Assembly (NCBI GenBank): GCA_019634025.1
Contig: JAHQWC010000154.1
Coordinates: forward strand, 1,309 to 65,308
Length of the DNA stretch: 64,000 nucleotides
Source of the DNA: Vampirovibrio sp.
GTDB taxonomy: Bacteria; Cyanobacteriota; Vampirovibrionia; Vampirovibrionales; Vampirovibrionaceae
Direction of reading: 5' to 3'
Positions 48,736 to 56,230 of this stretch are shown here, piece by piece (position 1 is the first letter of the stretch; every line of letters starts with the position of its first letter). Both the position numbers and the translations under genes were made by a program. The notes below the pieces were generated by a model. That model had not been told where the DNA came from. It saw nothing but the letters and a program-made list of their open reading frames with translations, and ran no database searches.

Positions 48736-50213
48736 TGATGAGCGAAAAAAGCGGATTCCTATTCACCTCAATTGCCGATATCCAAGCCCGCTTGGCAAAC
48801 GGCAGCCTGACGCCCACAGAAGTTGCCCAATGGGCTATTGATGTGGTGGAGTGTCTGGAACCCTACGTAAAAGCCTGGGTCCGGTTTGATGCCCATCAGC
48901 TCATGGATCATGCAAAAGAAGTTGAAGCCCACCTGAAATTCGGCCAATCCTTGGGTTCTCTTACAGGTATTCCAGTCGGTATCAAAGACATGATGAATAC
49001 TGCAGACTTCCCTACCGAAATGGGCAGCCCGTTGTGGCAAGGCTTTACCCCTGGCAACGACGCCCGGGTGCTCTTTTACCTGAAGCAGGCTGGTGCGTTG
49101 GTTCCGGGTAAAACCGTTACGGCAGAATTTGCCGTCCACACGCTGGATAAAACCCTCAATCCCCATGATCCCACACGTACCCCCGGCACTTCTTCCAGTG
49201 GCTCCGCTGCTGCGGTTGCTGCCGGCATGGTTCCGGTGGCTCTGGGCACTCAAACCGCAGGTTCTATTGTCCGCCCCGCCAGTTTTTGCGGAGTCTATGG
49301 TTGCAAACCTTCCTTTGGGCTCATCCCTCGCACTGGCATGCTCAAAACTACCGATAGCTTGGATACTGTCGGCTTTTTTGTGTCCCACCTGGTAGATATG
49401 GAGCGGGTCTTTGATGTGGTCCGGGTCCACGGCCAAAACTTTCCTCTTAGTCATGCCGCTCTTAGAGATGAAGCTCGTCAAAACAAACCCCCTGGTAAGC
49501 CATGGCGCATTGCATTTGTGAAACCCCATGTCTGGGACGATGCTCACCCCTATGCCCAAGAGGCTATGACGGGCTGGGTCGAAAGCCTGAAAAACATACC
49601 GGATGTCGAGGTGGTGGAGGCTGATTTACCCTCTGAAACTCTTGATTCCCATCGGATCCACGCCACCATCTATAACAAAACCCTGTCCTATTATTTTCAG
49701 GAAGAATTCAAAAAAGCCGAACTGGTGTCTCCGGTCATGAACGATCTCATCACCCAAGGGCAAGCCATCTCGGTAGAAGCTTATCAACAGGCCCTCAAAG
49801 ATCAGGAAGCCATGGCCCAAGTGGTAGATACATGGATCCAGGATTTTGATGCTGTTGTCACTTTAAGTACAGCAGGCGAAGCTCCTCTGCGTGAAGACAC
49901 CGAACGCCCGGATTCGGCTCTCCTCTGGAACATGACCTACCTCCCCGTAATCAGTGCTCCTACGTTTATTGGCCCTACCGGCCTCCCCTTCGGCCTCCAA
50001 CTCGTCGCCCGCCGTTATAATGACTATAAATTGTTCAAAGTCGCAAGCTATTTCAACACCCACGGCCTGTTGCCGGATGGGGTAAATCCAGTTGCCAAAA
50101 TAGTCAAAAATATTGTCGGCTCTGGTCAAGGTGTCATTCCCGCAGAGGCGACCATGGCCGTGTGCAACGCAGGAGCACATACGGATATGGATACCCGTGG
50201 TGGAACCCGTTGA
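48732..50213 (+). CDS. Amidase-signature family enzyme (GatA-like amidase)
   Basis: AS signature [45 protein letters not shown]. Start overlaps the upstream gene's stop by 4 nt. Confidence 0.8.
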   Translation: MMMSEKSGFLFTSIADIQARLANGSLTPTEVAQWAIDVVECLEPYVKAWVRFDAHQLMDHAKEVEAHLKFGQSLGSLTGIPVGIKDMMNTADFPTEMGSPLWQGFTPGNDARVLFYLKQAGALVPGKTVTAEFAVHTLDKTLNPHDPTRTPGTSSSGSAAAVAAGMVPVALGTQTAGSIVRPASFCGVYGCKPSFGLIPRTGMLKTTDSLDTVGFFVSHLVDMERVFDVVRVHGQNFPLSHAALRDEARQNKPPGKPWRIAFVKPHVWDDAHPYAQEAMTGWVESLKNIPDVEVVEADLPSETLDSHRIHATIYNKTLSYYFQEEFKKAELVSPVMNDLITQGQAISVEAYQQALKDQEAMAQVVDTWIQDFDAVVTLSTAGEAPLREDTERPDSALLWNMTYLPVISAPTFIGPTGLPFGLQLVARRYNDYKLFKVASYFNTHGLLPDGVNPVAKIVKNIVGSGQGVIPAEATMAVCNAGAHTDMDTRGGTR

Positions 50214-52099
50214 CAGCATTTGCTATAAACACTCACCATATCTTTACCGAGGCCATCACCCCCGAAGCCCTCGGCTTCCTAAAACAACACGCCAAAACCA
50301 CCCCCAACATCATTTGCTACCTCCCGGCAGACAACCTTCCTGTCCCAAGCCCCAGCAGCCTGCCTCCAAATGTTACCCTTAAATCTTTTAAAGACGAAGA
50401 CCAAGTTTTCGACCCCATTCTTCACGCTTACCAAATCGGTCGAGAAATTGCGGATACCCTTATCGCCGACCTCACCTCCCGGCACCCACAATGTTTCCAG
50501 CTCCCTGGGACTCCATATGATTTTCAACCCCTGTTCACCTTTAACACCCAATTTCACTTTGCCCGCCACCAGTTCAACTTTTGGCTCAACTGCGTTCATC
50601 AAATCACGGCATCTAAGACTCATCAATTTACCTTCCTCAACTTCAGCTATCTGTTTACCCCTTCCTGGAAGGTATTAGCCCAAAGGTTTCCGCAGCTAGA
50701 CCAATCCAACTGTGATTGGCAGCATACAGGCGATTTGCCCAACCGGGTGGGCTTAAAACTTACCGCCTCCCTCACCCGGTTCAAATACCGGCTCAAACGA
50801 CAACTCAAACCCACTCAGAATAGATCTGATAGAACCGGTGGAACACTCTCCTACGTCCGAGCCTCCCATCATTTAGATATGGTGGAGCCTACCCTGGCTA
50901 TTTTGTCAGAATCCCAGCCTGTTACTTTGTTGGACTACCTGCCGTCTAAATTCCATAAAACCCATCCCAACTACCTGACTGGTCGAATTGACCGATACCC
51001 TGGTATTCATCCTACGAACCCACGGCAGTTTCATCCCAGCCATACCATGCTACGCCGGGTCCACCGGCATCAGTTGTCTCTGACCAAAGTGATCCTGAAA
51101 CAAAAAGAGCCGGTTCTCCGCCAACAAGATACGCTCCTCCTCGCTCAGCTGCAAAAACAATTGAAGCAGTTTTTAAGATTGGAATCCATTATCAGTCACC
51201 TTCAGCCCACTATGGTGGTGGCCTGTATGGAAGCCGACGCCTTCAGTCTGATCTTGCAAGAATTGCAAAAAACCACGCCGTTTAAGACCATCAACCACTT
51301 GCATGGAGTGGCCCCATATTTTTACGCCATGGATCTATGCCGGTTTGACGCCTTTATGGTGTGGAACCAACTGACCAAGGAAATCCTCATCAAAGACGGC
51401 TACCGGGATGTCGAAGAAGGTAAACCGGTTTCCATTCAGGTGGTGGGCACCCCGTTTTGGGAAGGTAACGGTGATCTGGATACTGTCAGTGAGGAAACCG
51501 AGATTGTCCAAGACCTTCGCCGGTGGAAAGGCAATGCAAAGTTGATCGTGGCTTATTCTACCGTGTTGGTGACGTATGTGACCCCTAAGCAAAAGCAAGA
51601 TTACTTTGAGACCCTGGGTACTTTCTTATCGGACCATCCCACCGCCAAGATGGTGATTAAAAAACACCCTAATGAGTTCGATTCCCTTGTCCACACCTTT
51701 TACAACAACCTTCCTCAATCTATCAAAGATCGGGTCCGGCTGATGGAAGCCAAAGAACTTCCTCTATACGAATCCTTCCGGGTAGCGGATGTTGCCGTGG
51801 CCATTTGCTCCAGCGTGTTGCAAGAAGCCCTTTACTACCGAGTTCCTGCTGTCTCCTTGGACTACGAAAAAGTCATTGCATTGCTGGGTTATGGGTTTGA
51901 GCAAATTATGGCCGTGGTCACAGATCCGATGGAAGCACCGACTGTCTTAGACCGGGTGCTTAAGAATGGCATTGCTGATGAAGCCTTTGCTGAGGAAACC
52001 CGGCAAAAAGTTTTCCCAAAATTCTTGGATCGTTATCCAAATCGAGTTCGACGGGTACTTTCAATGTTAACTTCTCCACAAGCTTGCCCCACACTGTAG
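50162..52099 (+). CDS. TagF-like CDP-glycerol glycerophosphotransferase / capsule polysaccharide biosynthesis family protein (putative)
   Basis: C-terminal …VIKKHPNE…ADVAVAICSSVLQEALYYRVPAVSL resembles the KxHP…(ITDYSS)-type motif of Glyphos_transf enzymes. The longest ORF overlaps the amidase 3' end by 52 nt. Confidence 0.4.
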   Translation: MQRRSTYGYGYPWWNPLTAFAINTHHIFTEAITPEALGFLKQHAKTTPNIICYLPADNLPVPSPSSLPPNVTLKSFKDEDQVFDPILHAYQIGREIADTLIADLTSRHPQCFQLPGTPYDFQPLFTFNTQFHFARHQFNFWLNCVHQITASKTHQFTFLNFSYLFTPSWKVLAQRFPQLDQSNCDWQHTGDLPNRVGLKLTASLTRFKYRLKRQLKPTQNRSDRTGGTLSYVRASHHLDMVEPTLAILSESQPVTLLDYLPSKFHKTHPNYLTGRIDRYPGIHPTNPRQFHPSHTMLRRVHRHQLSLTKVILKQKEPVLRQQDTLLLAQLQKQLKQFLRLESIISHLQPTMVVACMEADAFSLILQELQKTTPFKTINHLHGVAPYFYAMDLCRFDAFMVWNQLTKEILIKDGYRDVEEGKPVSIQVVGTPFWEGNGDLDTVSEETEIVQDLRRWKGNAKLIVAYSTVLVTYVTPKQKQDYFETLGTFLSDHPTAKMVIKKHPNEFDSLVHTFYNNLPQSIKDRVRLMEAKELPLYESFRVADVAVAICSSVLQEALYYRVPAVSLDYEKVIALLGYGFEQIMAVVTDPMEAPTVLDRVLKNGIADEAFAEETRQKVFPKFLDRYPNRVRRVLSMLTSPQACPTL

Positions 52100-52139
52100 G
52101 TAGGACCTCTTCGGGATTACAAAGAGCCTTCCACCAGGC

Positions 52140-52517
52140 TCAAACCCACAACACCGCGTCCATCTGTGGAAAGGGTGACCACCCGCCAGAGCCCTGTGCA
52201 AACGGCGTCTGCGGTAGTACGGCCTGAGGTGCTGGCACATTGGCAATTCTGGCCCAATTGCTAAATTTACGAGTATCCACCGGCTGCCCGTAGATGTCTG
52301 AGGCGATAAACTGAACGGAATCCCGTCCCTCTCCCAATAGCGAGTTTACGGTGTAAATATCTGGTAGCGAGGCCAACATCGCCTCTGCAGCTTGCTGTTG
52401 TTCTTCCTCGTCAACAACGTAATAGTCAGTACGACCGTCCGCATCCCGATCAGGACTACCGCCCATTGATGCGGTCACTCCTGGGTTGCTATACCCTGCA
52501 TTCATGTGAATCGACAT
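52140..52517 (-). CDS. Small protein carrying only the N-terminal module shared with the neighbouring lysozyme and M23 peptidase (hypothetical)
   Basis: N-terminus MSIHMNAGYSNPGVTASMGGS…AMLASLPDIYT aligns with the N-termini of the products of 52681..53505 and 53683..54558. Preceded by a duplicated upstream element. Confidence 0.5.
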   Translation of the reverse strand: MSIHMNAGYSNPGVTASMGGSPDRDADGRTDYYVVDEEEQQQAAEAMLASLPDIYTVNSLLGEGRDSVQFIASDIYGQPVDTRKFSNWARIANVPAPQAVLPQTPFAQGSGGWSPFPQMDAVLWV

Positions 52518-52527
52518 TATTTTGTTG

Positions 52528-52581
52528 TCCCAACCTGCCTATATCCATGTATATAAAAACAAATAGTTTGTTTTTTGTGCG
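52528..52581 (-). promoter_or_regulatory. Conserved upstream element, copy 1 (putative promoter/leader of 52140..52517)
   Basis: TCCCAACCTGCCTATA-n8-TATAAAAACAAA-n9-TTTTGTGCG. The same blocks with identical spacing recur at 53511..53565. Confidence 0.5.
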
Positions 52582-52680
52582 CATTTGTTGCGTTTTTTTA
52601 CCTGAAGGAGAAGGGAGACAGACGCTTTCAAGCTGAAGCATTCTAGTATCCAGCCAGGTTCAATATAAACGACTCTCTAC

Positions 52681-53505
52681 TTAGCTGGTTAGAGGCTGAT
52701 CAGACCGACTATCCTCTTTCAAAAACCGATTCGCCTCACGTTCTCTGCGTGCGACTAAAACGGGATGAACATTTCCACCCGCCTTATTCCATCGAAGAAA
52801 CTCTCGGGCTGCCCCTGCATAGTCCTTATTGTTTAACTTCTTCAATAACGTACTTTTTCTAAAGCCACCCGTCCCAATGTTATACGAGAGGGATACTAGG
52901 CTATCAAACATATTGGTTGTTACCGGTACTTTTACATGGTGTTTAATTACAGGTTCAATTTTTTCAGCGATCCATCGTTTGAAATCACTTTTTGCTTTGG
53001 CTTGAGTAACGGTTTCCCCTTTACGCACTTTACGCCAACTACCATTTTCATAAATATAATGTAAGCCGTATCCAACAGCATATCCCTTATAGTCCCAATA
53101 TGCCTTACCACGGAAACCTTCTTCTTTCATCAATGCTTCTAATCCAGCTTTAGAGGTTTTTAAATCGTTAATAGGGACTGCATTTTCATCTACATCAATC
53201 ACTAACCCATCGGTTAATCCTGCTAATTGCAACTGGCTATCTGCCTTTTCGCTTTCATCTCCAAGTAAACCCCATAGGGCCAATACAAAGGCTTCTGTAG
53301 GAGAGTTCTCCAAACTGGCCAAATCGGTTAAATCATCTGATTTGCCCTGATTAGCGCTCAGTTCAAACGTATCAACATCGCTCAGCATCGCTGCGGCAAG
53401 TGCTTTGGTAGTTGCTTCGTATACCTCACCAGGCTTAACAACGCTTGTGTTCCTAACACCAGAAGCTGCATTATATGGATTCTGTCCAATAGATGTCATG
53501 ACCAA
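52681..53505 (-). CDS. GH24 (T4/lambda-type) lysozyme with a ~130-aa N-terminal extension
   Basis: C-terminal domain …GFRGKAYWDYKGYAVGYGLHY…TNMFDSLVSLSYNIGTGGFRKSTLLKKLNNKDYAGAAREFLRWNKAGG…VLVARREREANRF is a typical phage-type lysozyme core. No signal peptide. Confidence 0.8.
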   Translation of the reverse strand: MVMTSIGQNPYNAASGVRNTSVVKPGEVYEATTKALAAAMLSDVDTFELSANQGKSDDLTDLASLENSPTEAFVLALWGLLGDESEKADSQLQLAGLTDGLVIDVDENAVPINDLKTSKAGLEALMKEEGFRGKAYWDYKGYAVGYGLHYIYENGSWRKVRKGETVTQAKAKSDFKRWIAEKIEPVIKHHVKVPVTTNMFDSLVSLSYNIGTGGFRKSTLLKKLNNKDYAGAAREFLRWNKAGGNVHPVLVARREREANRFLKEDSRSDQPLTS

Positions 53506-53510
53506 TACAA

Positions 53511-53565
53511 TCCCAACCTACCTATACTTAATAGTATAAAAACAAAAGTTAGGGCTTTTGTGCGG
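53511..53565 (-). promoter_or_regulatory. Conserved upstream element, copy 2 (putative promoter/leader of the lysozyme gene)
   Basis: TCCCAACCTACCTATA-n8-TATAAAAACAAAAG-n7-TTTTGTGCGG. Block spacing is identical to copy 1. Confidence 0.5.
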
Positions 53566-53682
53566 TTAAATTATAAAATGTAACATTTATAAAACAATCT
53601 AACATCAATTACCCATCCCCAGTCTTTATACAACTAGATATTCGTTTTTTAGGATAGGTTGGTAAAAAGGTAGGCTAGGCAG

Positions 53683-54558
53683 ATGGTCGATTTTAATGCC
53701 GGATTCGGCAGACAATCCAATTTTTATTATGGTTCTCAAGGCGGGCTTTACGGGCCTCGTCCCACGCTCATCAGCGATTATGACTTGCTCTTCGGTGGTA
53801 CGCCGTATGGCGAAAACCCCTTGCTGGACGACAGCTATAGTGCAGATTTTATGTATAGCCGTAGTAATGGCGATGATGATGGTGGCAGCAGTTGGTGGGA
53901 CTGGGGCAAATGGATCCTGGGTGGTGCAGCAGCGTTAGTGGGTGCCTCGTTTGCCTTTGGCGATAAAAACCCCGGCTTCCTGGGCAAAATTAGAGATGGC
54001 ATTAAAGGAATTTGGAATAAGTTTTTCGGTTCCGATGATTCAAGTGTTGGCCACCGCGATGAGTATTCATACCCGCCCCAAGAAATAACAGATGCCCAAC
54101 GTAAAACCGCCAAAGAGAACGGAACAGATTCACTCTCATTTACCAGGCCTGTTGCTGGCGGAAGAATAAGCTCCCACCATGGAATGCGAGAGCACCCGAT
54201 AGAAGGAGGGCTAAAAATGCATAACGGGGATGACATCGCCGTAGGAAAAGGCACTCCGGTAAATGTAACCGCCGATGGAATTGTTGTTGATGTTCAAGAC
54301 GAGGATAAAGGCAAATACGGACGGTATATTGATGTCCTTCACTATGACAAAAAAGAAGGAATCTATTATCTAACTCGTTATGCACACCTTGATAAAACAG
54401 ACGTAACGATTGATCAGGAAGTTAAGCAAGGGGATGTTATTGGCAAATCCGGCGATTCGGGTGCAGTAACAGGAGAACACCTCCATTACGAAATCCATAA
54501 AGGGGACGCAGAGGGGGTAGATTTTAAAACCATCGATCCCAAATTAAATGATGCATAG
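53683..54558 (+). CDS. M23/LytM-family metallo-endopeptidase with a ~150-aa N-terminal extension
   Basis: HHGMREHPIEGGLKMHNGDDIA (HxxxD) and GEHLHYEIH (HxH) motifs. N-terminus MVDFNAGFGRQSNFYYGSQGG resembles the N-terminus of 52140..52517. AGGTTGG motif in the leader. Confidence 0.8.
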   Translation: MVDFNAGFGRQSNFYYGSQGGLYGPRPTLISDYDLLFGGTPYGENPLLDDSYSADFMYSRSNGDDDGGSSWWDWGKWILGGAAALVGASFAFGDKNPGFLGKIRDGIKGIWNKFFGSDDSSVGHRDEYSYPPQEITDAQRKTAKENGTDSLSFTRPVAGGRISSHHGMREHPIEGGLKMHNGDDIAVGKGTPVNVTADGIVVDVQDEDKGKYGRYIDVLHYDKKEGIYYLTRYAHLDKTDVTIDQEVKQGDVIGKSGDSGAVTGEHLHYEIHKGDAEGVDFKTIDPKLNDA

Positions 54559-54802
54559 ACTCCCTAGTTATAACAGTTTCTATTTGTAGAGAAGATTCTG
54601 TTAGCCATTTTGTTGCTTTCTTACAAAGGCTAACTACAGTATCAATATGAATTATCCAACGCCTTGTAAGCATCAGCCTAAAAACCATGCCCTAATGTTG
54701 GGACATGGGGCATTTTTCACGTCGTCAAAAACCTTTCGATAAGGGCTTTTCCAACAAATGTCCCAGAAAATGCGTTTTTTAAAACGGGACATTTTGGGGA
54801 AC

Positions 54803-56176
54803 CTAAAACAGCAACCGGAAGAGCAAAAACCGCCCGTTTAACTTCTCAGAAAACTCTTTCATGTTCTCCGTAGTCTCTTTGGTATCCTGAATCATCTCCC
54901 GCAGGCTGGCATCCTCTTCATCCATCAAAGTATCCACCTCACCCAATACCTCAGACAGTTTCGTCAGCGAATCATTCAACGTGGTAATTGAACTATCCAA
55001 CCGCTGCTGCAAATCTTCGTCGGTGGCCGCTTTCTTCAGCTGCGCCACCAGCACCGCCGCATCCCGGCTGGTATCTCGGGTTGCCGCCAATGTTTCTTTC
55101 AACGCCGGATCATCCAAAATATCACTCAGTGCCTTGGAAGACGATTCCAACGAATCGGCAATGGAAACCACATCCTGCTTCAACTTCGGATCCCCAATTA
55201 GCTCGTTCACATTCTCACTCACCACCGTTACGTTTTTCGCCAGCATATCACTGGTTTCCACCAGCTTCGCCAAATCGTGCCCTGCCGATTGAAACAGCGC
55301 GTTGGCGCTATCCAGCACCTCAGTGGCTCGAGCAGTCATTACCTCGGTATTCTTCAGAGTATTGTTCAGGGTGGCAATGGTCTCATCCGACAATAACTCC
55401 GAAATCTTCTCGTTGGTCACCGTCAGGGCTTCTGCCGAATCCAACTGAATCTCCAGAAACCGCTTAATCCGCAGTGGGTTTTCCACCGTAAAAATCAAAT
55501 CCTTGTCCGGCATGTCGGTTAATACCGGCTCATCCGAAATAATCCGCAAAAAATATTCCTGATTGTCATCTAAAACCAGCTCATAAATAGGGTTTCTGGG
55601 TAGCAGTGCACCAGGCCGGGTAATGCGGAAAAACAGCTTATGCCGCACCAGATTTTCATCCATATGTTTATCAACTTTTTCCACTGCCCCAACGCTTAAT
55701 AACCCTTCCTGATACAAAAATTTCACCGGCAACCCAGCCTCAATGGCCTTTGCCGGATTAGAAAATGTGGTGATACTGACCTCCTGCAACTGCGGTGGGG
55801 TAATCTCTAAAAACTTTTCGCCAATAATCCCCGACTGTTCAATGGCAAGCTTGGATCCCTCCGGCACCTCAATGGTTGCATCGTTAATGCTGAAGCCTAC
55901 TTCCACATAGTACTTATCACTCACTTCCACGGCCTGGATTCGATCCACAAACCCCACTCGGATCCCCATAATCTGAACCGGCGCCCCTTCACGCATGCCG
56001 TCCACATCCTTAAACAGCACTGTATGCTGCTCTCCACCCACCAAAGATCGTCCGCTCAGCCAGATCAAAACGAATACCAGCAAAGACAGACTGATAACAA
56101 ACAGGACACCAACTTTTACCGCCGAGGAACGTTGCATGAAAACTGCCTTACTGCCTTCTCTCCGTAACCGAAACAC
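54803..56176 (-). CDS. MCE/MlaD-domain protein with a long C-terminal coiled-coil region
   Basis: N-terminal TM helix, then an MlaD domain (…VLFKDVDGMREGAPVQIMGIRVGFVDRIQ…), then ~250 aa of heptad-rich sequence. Confidence 0.65.
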   Translation of the reverse strand: MFRLRREGSKAVFMQRSSAVKVGVLFVISLSLLVFVLIWLSGRSLVGGEQHTVLFKDVDGMREGAPVQIMGIRVGFVDRIQAVEVSDKYYVEVGFSINDATIEVPEGSKLAIEQSGIIGEKFLEITPPQLQEVSITTFSNPAKAIEAGLPVKFLYQEGLLSVGAVEKVDKHMDENLVRHKLFFRITRPGALLPRNPIYELVLDDNQEYFLRIISDEPVLTDMPDKDLIFTVENPLRIKRFLEIQLDSAEALTVTNEKISELLSDETIATLNNTLKNTEVMTARATEVLDSANALFQSAGHDLAKLVETSDMLAKNVTVVSENVNELIGDPKLKQDVVSIADSLESSSKALSDILDDPALKETLAATRDTSRDAAVLVAQLKKAATDEDLQQRLDSSITTLNDSLTKLSEVLGEVDTLMDEEDASLREMIQDTKETTENMKEFSEKLNGRFLLFRLLF

Positions 56177-56230
56177 CCCTATTATACTGTAAGCGGTCCA
56201 AACGTTGTTGGCGTATCTTCACCTGGTCCC

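Noticed and set aside
54981-55467. 103-159 aa plus-strand ORFs
   Set aside because: They are antisense to the MCE-domain gene. The Ser/Ala/Pro-rich translation is typical of the reverse complement of coiled-coil coding sequence.
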